Of a stretch of DNA of 32,000 bases, positions 1 through 10,506 are shown piece by piece (positions within the stretch are counted from its first letter, which is position 1; each line of letters opens with the position of its first letter). Source of the stretch: Cyanobacteriota bacterium SRBZ.bins.94.201705. GTDB lineage: Bacteria; Cyanobacteriota; Cyanobacteriia; Cyanobacteriales; Cyanobacteriaceae. The position numbers were made by a program, and so were the translations under genes. The notes under the pieces were generated by a model. That model made no database searches and was not told the DNA's origin. It was given only the letters and a program-made list of their open reading frames with translations. The stretch spans positions 115,523-147,522 of the forward strand of contig JAUQQP010000031.1 in assembly GCA_030549855.1 (NCBI GenBank). Direction: 5' to 3'.

Positions 1-974
1 AACACCCCATGTCCTAAATTGAGAATATGCCCGGTATTGCCGGCTTTGGCCACAGTATCGTAAATCCTCTGCCGGATGAACTGATGAGACCCAAACAATA
101 CGGCAGGATCTATATTCCCTTGTACTTTAACATGTGCCCCTAGTCTTTGTCTAGCCTCCGCCATATCCACCATCCAGTCTAAACTGACTATGTCTACCCC
201 CGACTGTGCCATTTTTTCCAATATACCAGCACTGCCACTAATATACAAAATAAGGGGGGTGTCAGGGTGAGTAGCCTTTACCATTTGTACTACTTTTTTC
301 TGGTATGGCAAGACAAATGTCTCGTAATCCTGCGGGCTTAGGTGACCTGCCCAGGAGTCAAACATTTGTACTACTTGAGCCCCACAGTCAATTTGATAAC
401 GGATATAGGTGGCAATGGCAGTGGCAATCTTATCCAACAGTTTATGCAACAAATCCGGCTCAGAAAAGGCCATACTTTTGATGACAGTATAATCCTTTGA
501 GCCCCTACCCTCTACCACATAGGCAGCTAATGTCCAGGGCGCACCTGCAAATCCCAACACTGTAGACCTGTTGCCCACTTCCTTACGCAAACTGGTGAGG
601 ATAGTCTTGATAAAGGGCAAAGATTCCTCTGGTTCTAGAGGACGTAATTGTTCAATTTGTGCTCTCCTGCGAATAGGAGGATCTATAATGGGCCCCTTGC
701 TTTCCACAATATCGAAAGGAATGCCTATCCCCGGCAAAGGCGTAAGGATGTCGGAAAACATAATCACCCCATCCGGTTGAAAGGCATGCCAGGGTTGTAG
801 GGAGATTTCGATGGCTAAGTCTGGATTTTCTGATCTTTCCCGGAAACTGGGGTATTTCTCCCTCAAGTCTCTATAAGCCTTCATGTATCTTCCTGCCTGA
901 CGCATCATCCATACCGGCGGCCGTTCCCCTTTTTCCCCCCGTGCTACTCTTAACAATAAAGGTAATTCTGACAT
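1..974 (-). CDS. hemE: Uroporphyrinogen decarboxylase, N-terminal ~324 codons; the 3' end runs off the window
   Basis: Absent from the ORF track because the window edge cuts it. My reverse-strand translation from the ATG at 974-972 reads [62 protein letters not shown]...QMFDSWAG...ILNLGHGV. This is the canonical URO-D N-terminus and motif set. A GGAAGG Shine-Dalgarno-like element lies just upstream. Confidence 0.93.
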   Translation of the reverse strand, partial: MSELPLLLRVARGEKGERPPVWMMRQAGRYMKAYRDLREKYPSFRERSENPDLAIEISLQPWHAFQPDGVIMFSDILTPLPGIGIPFDIVESKGPIIDPPIRRRAQIEQLRPLEPEESLPFIKTILTSLRKEVGNRSTVLGFAGAPWTLAAYVVEGRGSKDYTVIKSMAFSEPDLLHKLLDKIATAIATYIRYQIDCGAQVVQMFDSWAGHLSPQDYETFVLPYQKKVVQMVKATHPDTPLILYISGSAGILEKMAQSGVDIVSLDWMVDMAEARQRLGAHVKVQGNIDPAVLFGSHQFIRQRIYDTVAKAGNTGHILNLGHGV

Positions 975-1134
975 AAACCTTCCACCATTAACTGCGTTTT
1001 TTAGCTTACCACCCCCTTTCCCTTCCCGTAAACCTAGAGAAAGGAAAATATAAACAAAATCCAAAATACTGGCCAGAAGGAGTCAAAATATTGCAAAATG
1101 TTAATTAAGTAAACCGAAAATTAACAATAAGACC

Positions 1135-1521
1135 GTGGGCAACCAACTACTCCAAAGGCAGATAGAAGAAGAGAAAGTCAGAAAACACAATGCCGGGTTG
1201 TTATCCGTGGCAGTGGGATTGGCCCTTCTCTCCCTGCTATTATGGGGATGGCTAGGGCAAAATGATCCCTATACCCGACAAGTATTGTCCTTTCAGGGAA
1301 ATGTAGCCAGGGGAGAGGCCATCTTTCGGGTAAACTGTGCTGGTTGTCATGGCTTAAACGGTGGTGGTAATGTGGGACCCAGTTTACAAGGAGTAAGCAA
1401 ACATAAATCCGATAGACAGCTTATCCAACAGGTAATCAGTGGCAAGACTCCCCCCATGCCCAAATTCCAACCCTCCGCAGAAGACATGGCAGATTTACTC
1501 AGTTATCTCCGCACTTTATAA
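1135..1521 (+). CDS. Membrane-anchored c-type cytochrome, CytM-like
   Basis: 128-aa ORF starting at GTG. An N-terminal hydrophobic anchor (LLSVAVGLALLSLLLWGWL) is followed by a class-I cytochrome c domain with the heme motif CAGCH and a distal Met in PPMP. This architecture matches cyanobacterial CytM, but the assignment is from memory only. Confidence 0.6.
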   Translation: MGNQLLQRQIEEEKVRKHNAGLLSVAVGLALLSLLLWGWLGQNDPYTRQVLSFQGNVARGEAIFRVNCAGCHGLNGGGNVGPSLQGVSKHKSDRQLIQQVISGKTPPMPKFQPSAEDMADLLSYLRTL

Positions 1522-1582
1522 CCCTCTTGGGCTACAATGGAAGGGTTGTACTCTTGTATGCAGAAGACCCAGACAACAGGCA

Positions 1583-2878
1583 GTGATTGAACGTTATACC
1601 TTGCCCGAAATGGGGGCAATCTGGACTGACGAGTATCGTTTCCGCACTTGGTTACAGGTAGAAATAGCCGTCTGTGAAGCCCAGGCTGAATTGGGACGAA
1701 TCCCCCAAGAGGCAGTAGAGGAGATTAAAAAAAAGGCTAACTTTGACCCAAAACGCATCGCTGAAATAGAAGCAGAAGTCCACCACGACGTCATTGCCTT
1801 CCTTACCAATGTTAACGAATACGTGGGCGATGCCGGCAGATACATCCACCTTGGACTTACTAGTTCTGACGTTCTCGATACTGCATTGTCACTACAACTT
1901 GTAGCAAGTCTAGACATCATCCTAGCCTGTCTGGAGGAAACCATTCAAGCCATCCGCTACCAGGCACAAAAACACCGCTACACCATAATGGTAGGTAGGA
2001 CTCACGGTGTCCATGCTGAACCCATCACCTTTGGCTTCAAACTGGCCGGCTGGTTGGCAGAAATGCGTCGTCACCGGGAACGTCTGGTAAGATTGAGGGA
2101 AGAGGTAGCGGTAGGGAAAATCTCCGGGGCCGTGGGCACCTATGCTAATATTGACCCCAGGGTAGAAGCCATCGCCTGTGCTAAACTGGGACTAAAACCC
2201 GATACCGCCTCCACTCAGGTAATCTCTAGAGACCGTCATGCCCATTTTGTGCAACAATTGGCCCTACTAGCCGCCACACTGGAACGTTTTGCCGTCGAAA
2301 TCCGTAACCTACAACGCACCGACGTTTTGGAGGTAGAAGAGTACTTCCGGGAAGGCCAAAAAGGCTCATCCGCCATGCCCCACAAACGTAACCCTGTCCG
2401 CAGTGAGAGGATTACAGGCATGGCCAGGATTATCAGGGGCAATGCCCTGGCTGCCCTAGAAAACGTTGCCCTCTGGCATGAGCGAGACATTTCCCATAGT
2501 TCCGTCGAACGGGTCATCCTCCCAGACACCTGTATCCTCCTCCACTTCATGCTTAGGGAAATGACTGACCTTATCCAAAACCTCCTGGTTTATCCCGAAA
2601 ATATGCTTGAAAACATGAATGTGTATGGAGGAGTCATATTCAGTCAGAGGGTGTTGTTGGCTTTGGTGGAAAAAGGCATGAGCCGGGAGGAAGCCTACAA
2701 GATAGTACAAGGATGTGCTCACCAGGCCTGGAATAAGAAAGGGGGGAATTTTCGCCAGCTAATCGAAAACAACGACCAGGTGAGAAAACTCCTGTCTGCA
2801 GAGGAGATTGCCGTCTGTTTTGACCCTCAACAACACCTCAAGCACCTAGAAGTAGTATACGAAAGGCTCGGTATTTGA
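1583..2878 (+). CDS. purB: Adenylosuccinate lyase
   Basis: The track ORF is 1439-2878. PurB-like sequence begins at the in-frame GTG at 1583 (VIERYTLPEMGAIWTDEYRFRTWLQVEIAVCEAQ...). It carries the fumarate-lyase signature GSSAMPHKRNP and gives a typical length of ~431 aa. The upstream 48 codons overlap the cytochrome gene and look non-homologous. Confidence 0.93.
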   Translation: MIERYTLPEMGAIWTDEYRFRTWLQVEIAVCEAQAELGRIPQEAVEEIKKKANFDPKRIAEIEAEVHHDVIAFLTNVNEYVGDAGRYIHLGLTSSDVLDTALSLQLVASLDIILACLEETIQAIRYQAQKHRYTIMVGRTHGVHAEPITFGFKLAGWLAEMRRHRERLVRLREEVAVGKISGAVGTYANIDPRVEAIACAKLGLKPDTASTQVISRDRHAHFVQQLALLAATLERFAVEIRNLQRTDVLEVEEYFREGQKGSSAMPHKRNPVRSERITGMARIIRGNALAALENVALWHERDISHSSVERVILPDTCILLHFMLREMTDLIQNLLVYPENMLENMNVYGGVIFSQRVLLALVEKGMSREEAYKIVQGCAHQAWNKKGGNFRQLIENNDQVRKLLSAEEIAVCFDPQQHLKHLEVVYERLGI

Positions 2879-2886
2879 AACCCCTG

Positions 2887-2906
2887 TGCCCCCCTCTCAG
2901 GGGGCA
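2887..2906. terminator. GC hairpin between convergent purB and petJ, a possible bidirectional terminator
   Basis: TGCCCCC (2887-2893) pairs with GGGGGCA (2900-2906) around a 6-nt loop. No clear U-tract on either strand. Confidence 0.4.
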
Positions 2907-2913
2907 TGGCCAC

Positions 2914-3255
2914 CTACTTCCAGCCTTTGTCTGCCTGGGCTAATACATAGGCCGCTACGTCCTCTATCTGTTCAGCCGTCAGACGTCCCCCAAATGCCGG
3001 CATGGCCGCCTTCCCGTGGATTACCTGGTATTTGATTTTTTCTATGTCGTACATGTCATACTTCTGTAAATCCTCCTTCTGTAGGGTTTTGGCGGCATTT
3101 ACCACGTTTTTCCCACCCATGTGACAAGCGGCACAATTGGCACTAAACACTGCCGCACCGTTGCTTAAATCTGCTGCCCACCCTGGGTTTACCTTCGCCA
3201 ATGAAATACTACAAACTGTAAGCAACAATACTATCCAACCTACAACTCTTCTCAT
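2914..3255 (-). CDS. petJ: Cytochrome c6
   Basis: The track ORF extends to 3381. The internal ATG at 3255 gives a 113-aa precursor with a signal peptide ([27 protein letters not shown]). The mature part is [25 protein letters not shown]...[37 protein letters not shown], a near-textbook c6 sequence. Confidence 0.88.
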   Translation of the reverse strand: MRRVVGWIVLLLTVCSISLAKVNPGWAADLSNGAAVFSANCAACHMGGKNVVNAAKTLQKEDLQKYDMYDIEKIKYQVIHGKAAMPAFGGRLTAEQIEDVAAYVLAQADKGWK

Positions 3256-3368
3256 CTCTGCCGTGAAAACCTGTTTTCCATATTTTCCTCTTTTATCTTC
3301 AAATTTTTTCTTTCCTTTGTCAAATGACCTATTGTCAAATTTCGTTACTTTTCTTAAAATAATGCCTC

Positions 3369-4517
3369 CTAAATACGACATTTTCCAGCGTCAGTATAGG
3401 CGGCTAGACAGGCATTTATCTCCCATTGGCCTACATCCGTCGCCGCTAAATCCCTCCGAATAATCATCCCATTTTCCCCCATTATCAAACGGGGTAATTG
3501 TTGATAGTTAATCAGGGAAAAATCTTCCATATCATAAGTGATGTATTTAGTCAAATCCTGACTGTTAAAATCTATGTCAACTATCGTCAAAGTCTTCTTT
3601 GCCGGCTTCTTGTCATCCCCCCCAATTAGATGACGAGGGCCCCTACCCAATGCCCCCGCATGTAATAATTGTATTCTACCCCTTTTCCCCGGATAATAGG
3701 CATGATGGTGTCCACTTATGTATGTGTGCACTTTGTACTTTTCTAGTAGTTGGCGCAACTCCTCCCCCCTCACCAACACCTCTGTAGGTACATTTTTAGC
3801 CGCCGCTACCCCATATAATGGCAAATGACCGACAACTATTCTCATTTTAGCCTTTTGCGCCCTTTTTGAGGCTAGGCTTTTTTCCACCCATCTGATTTTA
3901 TCTTCCGGTATTCTGTTAGATGAGGCATCCCACACCAAAAAGAAAATCCCCTTCGCCTCAAAGGTATAATAAAAGGGATAGTAGGTGGTGTCTATGTAAT
4001 TCAACCTCGGTTTGTGTTTAGGATTCTGCCAGTATTGTTTCGCCAACTTTCTGTCTGTGGCAAACAGAAACCTTTCTCCCTCCATTACACTTGAAGCATC
4101 GTGATTGCCTAGGGTAAAAGCAAAGGGAATCTTTAAACTCCTTATGGGTTTGGCTATTTGATTGTCAAACGCCTCCCACATGGCTTTTATTTGTGCTTCC
4201 GTTAGGCTTCTCTTCTGGGAGGCAATCATATCCCCCCCGCAGATAATTATGTCTGGTTGCCAAAAGGGAATCATTTTTAGGGCAATATGTACCTCTTTAT
4301 CGTATTCTGTTGAGCCATAGTTACTATTCAAGTCACTAATCACCAGGATTCTCACATCCCCCCGAGGCGGATTATAGGGTTTATACTCTTGTACTATTCT
4401 CCTCGTTTCCGCCGGCAGAATCTCCTCTCCTGCTATTATTGTCTTTAGGTTTATCAGAAGAATAACCGTTACGGTAATGCCTAATATAATCCTCCTTATT
4501 GTCTTTCCCATCGTCAC
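3369..4517 (-). CDS. Calcineurin-like metallophosphoesterase with an N-terminal signal/anchor
   Basis: 382-aa ORF with the motifs [24 protein letters not shown] and SGHHH, and an N-terminal hydrophobic segment. The start is GTG at 4517 or ATG at 4511. It abuts or overlaps the holA stop at 4514, which suggests an operon. Confidence 0.8.
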   Translation of the reverse strand: MTMGKTIRRIILGITVTVILLINLKTIIAGEEILPAETRRIVQEYKPYNPPRGDVRILVISDLNSNYGSTEYDKEVHIALKMIPFWQPDIIICGGDMIASQKRSLTEAQIKAMWEAFDNQIAKPIRSLKIPFAFTLGNHDASSVMEGERFLFATDRKLAKQYWQNPKHKPRLNYIDTTYYPFYYTFEAKGIFFLVWDASSNRIPEDKIRWVEKSLASKRAQKAKMRIVVGHLPLYGVAAAKNVPTEVLVRGEELRQLLEKYKVHTYISGHHHAYYPGKRGRIQLLHAGALGRGPRHLIGGDDKKPAKKTLTIVDIDFNSQDLTKYITYDMEDFSLINYQQLPRLIMGENGMIIRRDLAATDVGQWEINACLAAYTDAGKCRI

Positions 4518-5494
4518 AAGTTACACATTTTTATAACTGCAGTTTCCCAACTGTCTATGGACTCTTTTCCTATTTTTAAATCCGCCTCTAATTCTAGCAG
4601 GGTCTCTAAGCATTTCTTCAACTTTTTTGTACTAACATTCCTCACTTCCTGTCGAAGAAAATAAACCCTTTTTGGATTGCCTATCTCTGCATATTCTGCT
4701 ATTGCCTTCTCGTCATAACCCTCCTCTGTCATGGCTTTCACTATACACCAAGTACGAAATTGCCCCACCACTGTCGCCACCATCTTTAAAGGATTTTCAT
4801 TCTTGTTACTCATTAAATCTTCTACTAGTTTCAAGGCAGAGTGACTGTCACCTTTAAGAATGGCTTGGGCTAATTGTATACTGGTTTGTCCAGTGGTATT
4901 CACCAACAATTTTACTACCTCCTCCCCTATTGTCTGGCAACTATCCCCCCGATATATAGATAACTTCTCCAATTCTTGCCATAAACTGCGAGTATCACCC
5001 CCCACCGAGTTGGCAAGGAGATTCACTGCCTCCCTACTCAGTTTCACCCCTTTTTTTGCCGCCAACTCCTCCACCCTTTTTATCAGCCTCTCCGTCTGCC
5101 ACGGGGGAATAATACTAAACTCCTTTACCTGTGCATATTGGCTTATCAGTTTACCAATCTTGAGTCTACTGTCAGGCTTTTTTGTGGCAGTGAAAACCAA
5201 ATGTGTAGTCTCTGGAATCTGTTTCAAATATTTTTGCATCTCTGCCGCCAACTCCCCTCCCCCACTATTCTCCTGAAAAAATATAGTGTTGTATATCCAA
5301 ACCAGACGACAGCCTCCCCCAAAAGGAGGAGTCATGGCTAGATATATCCCTTCCAATAAAGACTCCTCTTTGTCACCAGAAAATCTCCCCCAATTGAATT
5401 GTAGCCAGTCATTGTCTAGATAAGTTTCCTTTAGATAGCCTATCTCCTGTTGGATGGCAAAATCATCGTCACCCCAAAAGTAGTAAATGGGCAT
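4514..5494 (-). CDS. holA: DNA polymerase III delta subunit
   Basis: 326-aa ORF. The N-terminus MPIYYFWGDDDFAIQQEI, the overall length and the helical C-terminal half are typical of cyanobacterial HolA. Confidence 0.8.
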   Translation of the reverse strand: MPIYYFWGDDDFAIQQEIGYLKETYLDNDWLQFNWGRFSGDKEESLLEGIYLAMTPPFGGGCRLVWIYNTIFFQENSGGGELAAEMQKYLKQIPETTHLVFTATKKPDSRLKIGKLISQYAQVKEFSIIPPWQTERLIKRVEELAAKKGVKLSREAVNLLANSVGGDTRSLWQELEKLSIYRGDSCQTIGEEVVKLLVNTTGQTSIQLAQAILKGDSHSALKLVEDLMSNKNENPLKMVATVVGQFRTWCIVKAMTEEGYDEKAIAEYAEIGNPKRVYFLRQEVRNVSTKKLKKCLETLLELEADLKIGKESIDSWETAVIKMCNL

Positions 5495-5601
5495 TTCCCC
5501 TCCTATATACTTAAGCCGTTATAATTCTAGATAGCTGTCAATGGGAACACACTTTTATATATAATAGTCCATTATTGGGGAATAAAAGATAACAGAATTC
5601 C

Positions 5602-6108
5602 ATGAAGATTGATGCCGACTATTGGATTGAAAAATTACAGTTACAACCCCACCCAGAAGGAGGATTTTATCGGGAGAATTACCGCAGTTTGGACATAGTT
5701 AATAAGGAAAATACCCTCCCCAGATACCAAGGAGAAAGAAACGCATGTACCGCTATCTATTACCTCCTGAAAAGTGGTCAGTTTTCCGCCTTTCATATCC
5801 TAGAAAGTGACGAAATTTTACACTTCTATTGTGGCGCCCCTCTTACAGTTCATCTATTGGATAAACAGGGGGAATACCACCAGAAAAAATTGGGAAATAA
5901 CCCCGAAAATGACGAATTACCCCAACTGGTTATCCCTCACCACACCTGGCTAAGTCTCTCCTTGAGTCTCCCCAATTCTTATAGTCTAATTGGTTGCACC
6001 GTAGCCCCTGGTTTTGATTTTCGAGATTTCCGTTTGGGCTCAAGACAAGAATTACTTCAAATGTACCCTCAACACCGACAATTAATTGAAACCTTTACCT
6101 ATAGTTAG
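5602..6108 (+). CDS. Cupin-fold protein, DUF985 family
   Basis: 168-aa ORF containing LQPHPEGGFYRENYRS, typical of DUF985 (YML079w-like) cupins. Confidence 0.75.
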   Translation: MKIDADYWIEKLQLQPHPEGGFYRENYRSLDIVNKENTLPRYQGERNACTAIYYLLKSGQFSAFHILESDEILHFYCGAPLTVHLLDKQGEYHQKKLGNNPENDELPQLVIPHHTWLSLSLSLPNSYSLIGCTVAPGFDFRDFRLGSRQELLQMYPQHRQLIETFTYS

Positions 6109-6152
6109 TACCGTTATAACCCCAAAATCGCCTTAAAAATCCTCCCCAATGA

Positions 6153-6181
6153 TTGACAGAAAAAATGTTTGAAATTATAAT
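6153..6181 (+). promoter_or_regulatory. Perfect consensus sigma70-type promoter, TTGACA-17 nt-TATAAT
   Basis: TTGACA at 6153-6158, a 17-nt spacer, then TATAAT at 6176-6181. It lies ~60 nt upstream of the ATG at 6241. Confidence 0.7.
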
Positions 6182-6240
6182 ATAAACAATCTCTGTTGTG
6201 CCGAGAAAATGCCATTATAGTAGAGGGAAAAAGAAACAGA

Positions 6241-7008
6241 ATGGACGGAAATTACCAGGAATATATCAACCGGGTGGTGCAGATGACTATGCCGGCCAAC
6301 TACAAGCAACAGTTGGCAAACATTCAACCATCCCCCAAGTTTAATAATGGCGTGGCGGTAGAGTTTCCCGGTTATAGTATCATAACCCCTCCATGGAAAG
6401 ACGATGAGTTTAACGATGAGTTTTATCAACACCTAAAGGAAGTCCAAAAGCAGCTGAAAGACAGTTTGCCAGAAGGGTTGTTTTTAATTGTACCCCCTGA
6501 AAGTTTTCACATCACCCTGGCAGATTTAATCTGGGATAAAGACTACATAGCCGCCACCAAAGAAAATGAAAAATTCGACGAATTACTCATCGCAGAAATA
6601 GGAAAAATATTTGAAGAATCTCAAAAATTGCCCCCCCCGGAATCCCTGGAATTGGAATTGCTAGGAATCTCAATATTCCCAAGGGCAATAGCCGTTTGTT
6701 TGGCCCCTACCGAAGCTAGTTATAACTACATTATTGAAATCAGAAAAATGATATACCAAAATGAGCAAATAATAAAACTGGGGATAGAACAACAATACGA
6801 ATTTGCCGCCCACATTACCCTGGGATACTTCGGAAAAAGCAGTAAAGAATTCAATGTGGAAGAGGTTGAACAAAAAATAGTTAAGATAAACGATGAGTTA
6901 GCCGAAAAAAAACTGCCCCCCTTCCGTCTTAAACAGTGGGAATTAAGAAAATTTACCGATATGACCAATTATATAAGAGAAGAAGACTGGGCTAGAATTA
7001 GATTATAA
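6241..7008 (+). CDS. 2H-phosphoesterase-superfamily-like protein of unknown function
   Basis: The track ORF starts at TTG 6196, but the ATG at 6241 fits better downstream of the consensus promoter. Two H-x-T-x motifs in separate halves (HITLADL and HITLGYF) are the hallmark of the 2H phosphoesterase fold. The specific family was not verified. Confidence 0.6.
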   Translation: MDGNYQEYINRVVQMTMPANYKQQLANIQPSPKFNNGVAVEFPGYSIITPPWKDDEFNDEFYQHLKEVQKQLKDSLPEGLFLIVPPESFHITLADLIWDKDYIAATKENEKFDELLIAEIGKIFEESQKLPPPESLELELLGISIFPRAIAVCLAPTEASYNYIIEIRKMIYQNEQIIKLGIEQQYEFAAHITLGYFGKSSKEFNVEEVEQKIVKINDELAEKKLPPFRLKQWELRKFTDMTNYIREEDWARIRL

Positions 7009-7021
7009 AACCACAAAAAAA

Positions 7022-7576
7022 ATGGGAATACGCATTTATGGCAATAGAGAAATAAAAACACTTGCAGGGAGAGAAACTCGCCCTACCACAGCCAAGGTAA
7101 GAGAGGCAGTATTCTCCATTTGGAAGGAGAAAATCGTGGGGGCAAAATGGTTAGATTTGTGCGCGGGAAGTGGTACAATGGGGGCGGAGGCTTTGTGTCG
7201 TGGCGCAAGAGAAGTAGTAGCCATCGAAAAATCTCCCCTGGCCTGTGATATTATCAGAGAAAATTGGCAAAAAATAGCAACCCCCCATCAGAAATTTCGT
7301 ATCCTTAGGGGGGATGTTTTAAAAAGGCTAAAAAGTCTAAGGGGGGAAAAATTCGACTTAATTTACTTTGACCCCCCCTATCATCTTAACCTATATAACC
7401 CCGTCATCCAAGCCATTAGCGACTATGAATTGTTAAATCCAGAGTCGGGAGAGTTGGCAGTGGAATATCACCCTAAGGAATCACCCCTCCCTCCTGACTC
7501 CCCCCTCCTCCTCCTCGATACCAGAATCTATGGAGACACCGCTATAAACTTCTACTCTTTTGGCGTTGGGGGATAA
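7022..7576 (+). CDS. rsmD: 16S rRNA (guanine966-N2)-methyltransferase
   Basis: 184-aa ORF with the SAM motif LDLCAGSGTMGAEAL and the catalytic DPPY. Size is typical of RsmD. Confidence 0.85.
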   Translation: MGIRIYGNREIKTLAGRETRPTTAKVREAVFSIWKEKIVGAKWLDLCAGSGTMGAEALCRGAREVVAIEKSPLACDIIRENWQKIATPHQKFRILRGDVLKRLKSLRGEKFDLIYFDPPYHLNLYNPVIQAISDYELLNPESGELAVEYHPKESPLPPDSPLLLLDTRIYGDTAINFYSFGVGG

Positions 7577-7683
7577 ATTGTCTCGAAGGGATAATGATTG
7601 TTATTCGTATTTATTTGAAATAGGAATACCCCCAGGAAAGACAAGGGGAAAAGACAAACCTTCTCCCCCATTCCCTAATCCCC

Positions 7684-8154
7684 TTATAACCTACTAATAA
7701 TCCTATTAAGAATCTGCATGCCAGTTACCGCCTGCCAACCGAAAATCAAAAGGATTGTCATGTTTAAGCCTACATGAGTAGCTCTAGCGATTTCATTCCC
7801 CTTTTGCATAAAAGGCACTAAAGAGGCAGAAATGGCTACCATAGACATCATGGTCAACCCGGCAATTAGATGGGGACCTACAAATAATTTACCATTGTTA
7901 ATATAGGTGACAGCCATGCCACCTACTGTGCCCAATACTACCAATGCCATGAAAATGGCGCCTATCTGATGGTGTCTTGTGGCATAATTGCCCTTGATTA
8001 ACTCCTTTCTCGCCTCCTTTTCTGCCAGACGAGTCTTCTTGGCCATTATCCCCAAGTATAGGGCATAAATGGCCATAGCAAACAAAATCCACATTAGAAT
8101 GGGATGGGCAAATTGTGACCAAGTTTTTACAGATTCAGGTATTGCTATATTCAT
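7684..8154 (-). CDS. Four-helix membrane protein, DUF4079-like
   Basis: 156-aa ORF with four predicted TM helices and conserved-looking His residues (HPILMW, HHQIG, GPHLIAG, THVG), as in cyanobacterial/plastid DUF4079 proteins. Confidence 0.6.
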   Translation of the reverse strand: MNIAIPESVKTWSQFAHPILMWILFAMAIYALYLGIMAKKTRLAEKEARKELIKGNYATRHHQIGAIFMALVVLGTVGGMAVTYINNGKLFVGPHLIAGLTMMSMVAISASLVPFMQKGNEIARATHVGLNMTILLIFGWQAVTGMQILNRIISRL

Positions 8155-8399
8155 TTTTTCTTCTCCTCTGCCCTCTGTTTAATAATCATAAAATTACTTC
8201 ATATAATTTAACATAGTCTAGCCCCAAACCCCACCACTACATACCCCCCCCAGTTATCAACTATGAGGGGATAGATGAATAACAACATAGACGCCATCAG
8301 ACAGTAACCCCCAGTCAGACAGATGACAAACAAAAAAATCCCCCACAGCTACAGACAGATACACCCCGCCAGGAGGGGGGAATAAAGATAATCCCCCTG

Positions 8400-9900
8400 T
8401 TGCCATTTTTTTTTCGGTTGCCGGTTGACGACAGCCACTAGTTACAACAATAGCTATCTAAGACACGGAAACAGGAGGAGACTTGGAGTAGCTTATTACT
8501 GGTTGGTATGTTAGCAGTTAGTTTTCCTGTCAAAAACAGCCACTAGTTACAGGCAAGCAGTTGACTGTGAATAATAAACACGAAAATCTGCTTCTATACA
8601 ACAGAAGGGAAAGGGGATATTATTCTACCACTGGTTACTGACTGATAGATAGGGATAACGGCTACAACAGTCTACCCTAAATGACGAAAGAAGACTTTCA
8701 TCTTGGGGAGAGAAACTATCTGTGGCTATTAGTTGTTGATTGAGGGATAACATACAAGATAACCCGAGGGGAAATACCCTTCTGTCACCTTATCAATGAC
8801 AACTACTGATTACTAGCTACTAGTTGACAGCAATGACACAGACGAAAATCCTCCTCAAGGGAGAAGACTTCTATCTTGGCTATCAGAATGAATAAAGAGA
8901 TTCTGTCACTTTTGGTTACTGACTTTAGACAGATAATGGCTATAATGTTCCTTTTTAGACAACAGAAACGAAATAAGACTTCCATCTTGGCAGCAAAGGA
9001 GACAGTCTGTTACTGTTACTACCAGTTGCTGGTGGCTTCTGGATAAAACACTTCCCCATTATTGCGGAAATGCCCTTTTACCGGTTACTATTTATTAGTG
9101 GTTGCTTTTGCCAATGACAGCCATTGGTTGCCAGTTGCCGATTGACTCTACAACCATTCTCTTCAAGACAAACTCAGGAAGATTCCCCTGGTCACCAGAA
9201 AGGGTATATCATGTTGTGTATTGGTGGTTGTTTTGTCAATGATAGCCATTTGAAGACTGATAACCGCTACAACCATCCCTAGGCTATCAGAAAGGGAGAC
9301 AATCTATTACCACTAGCCACTGGTTGGCAGACAACAGACACCAGCCAAAATCCTCCCTCAATGACAGCCATGGGTTTCTGGTTGCTGGTTAACGTCATAT
9401 AGAGGATACAACAATCCTTACCACAACAGCAACAAAAGAAAACTGGGGATACCCCCTTATTGGTTACGTCAGTCAGTAGTCACTGTTATTAACAACAGCC
9501 ACTGGTTACTGGTTGACGACTAATAACAGCCGCCGCCATTGCTAGCAGGGGAAACGAAGGAAGACTTTCATCTAGGCTATCAGAAAGGGAATAGTCTTTT
9601 ACTAGTCACCCTGTGAGTAATTACTGTTATCAATGACAGCCACTGGCAACTCGCTACTATTTGACGGCAATAGCAGATACAATAATCCCCAGTAGGTAGG
9701 TGTTGGACAGAAAAGACAAAAAAAGTATTCCCCCTTTCACTATTCATTATTTGCCATTGTCATTTACTATCCCCATGACTGCCATGACAATCCCCCTTGC
9801 CAGTAAAACTAATGCCTGACAACAACGGGAAAACTATGTCTGTTACATGTCAGACGGATTCGACAGTCTTCCTGCCACTGGTTGTCAAACTTCCAGGGAT
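8400..9900. repeat. Degenerate periodic array, unit ~90-145 bp, at least 12 units, with core ACAGCCACTGGTTAC
   Basis: Core or close variants occur at 8431, 8536, 8628, 9117, 9315, 9364, 9495, 9636 and 9874. Co-repeated modules are AAGACTTYYATCTWGG at 8691, 8864, 8975 and 9561, and GGCTATCAGAA at 8878, 9282 and 9575. No credible ORF. Confidence 0.75.
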
Positions 9901-10506
9901 GAGACATACACCCTATAAGCTACTCACTAATGCCGACGAGTAAAAAGCAAAAGACATATTCCAGCCATCAGATTCTTACAGAGGGAAAATGGCATATTAA
10001 AATGCCTTCAGCAGTGACAAAAACAACATATAACCCCTAAACACCCTTCTGATAATAAACCTGCCTACGCCTGCTTTCAGACAAAGAAGACAAAACCCTG
10101 TGATTCCGGCAGCCTTCAGAAACCAAGAAAAAGGGGATACCATGATGCCAAACTAGAGGCAATGAAAACGAAAACAATTCTCCACTCCCTATAACTCCGT
10201 CTACCGACATACAAAAAAGACAAACTGTTACATATCCTGCCACCAGTAACAGGTGTCTGTAGAAGGAATCTGAGAAACAAAAATCTACTTGGCTGAAATG
10301 AGGAAGGAATGACAAAGACTATTGCGGGGGTTTGTGACTATAGACTCCTATCATTTCCAGTAGGTGGTAACAGTAGTCTTTCTACCCGATTATACAAATG
10401 CCCAAATATCACAAACCAGAAGATGATGGAAAGATACACCCCCATTAGCAATAATTAGATGCATAATAATCCCCACTGAGTACAGTAGTAGGATAGAGAT
10501 TATAAC

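Noticed and set aside
1439-1582. N-terminal 48-codon extension of purB that overlaps the cytochrome gene
   Set aside because: PurB homology starts at VIERYTLPEM, at the GTG at 1583. The extension is Pro/Cys-rich with no resemblance to PurB.
1594-2722. Antisense ORFs inside purB (1594-1944, 1652-1849, 2236-2550, 2456-2722), and similar shadow ORFs inside holA, fni, surE, the AKR, oxoprolinase, dnaN, creatininase, pentapeptide and HEAT genes
   Set aside because: All lie opposite or out of frame within genes that have strong family signatures. Their translations are low-complexity or unfamiliar.
3256-3381. N-terminal 42-codon extension of petJ
   Set aside because: A Lys-rich, non-signal sequence precedes a perfectly good Met plus signal peptide at 3255. 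Cytochrome c6 precursors are ~110 aa.
10037-10315. 92-aa ORF (and the 60-aa ORF at 8803-8985) inside the 2.7-kb spacer
   Set aside because: The number of such ORFs is about what chance predicts for non-coding DNA of this length. There are no start signals, and the translations are Cys/Phe/Ser-rich and unfamiliar.
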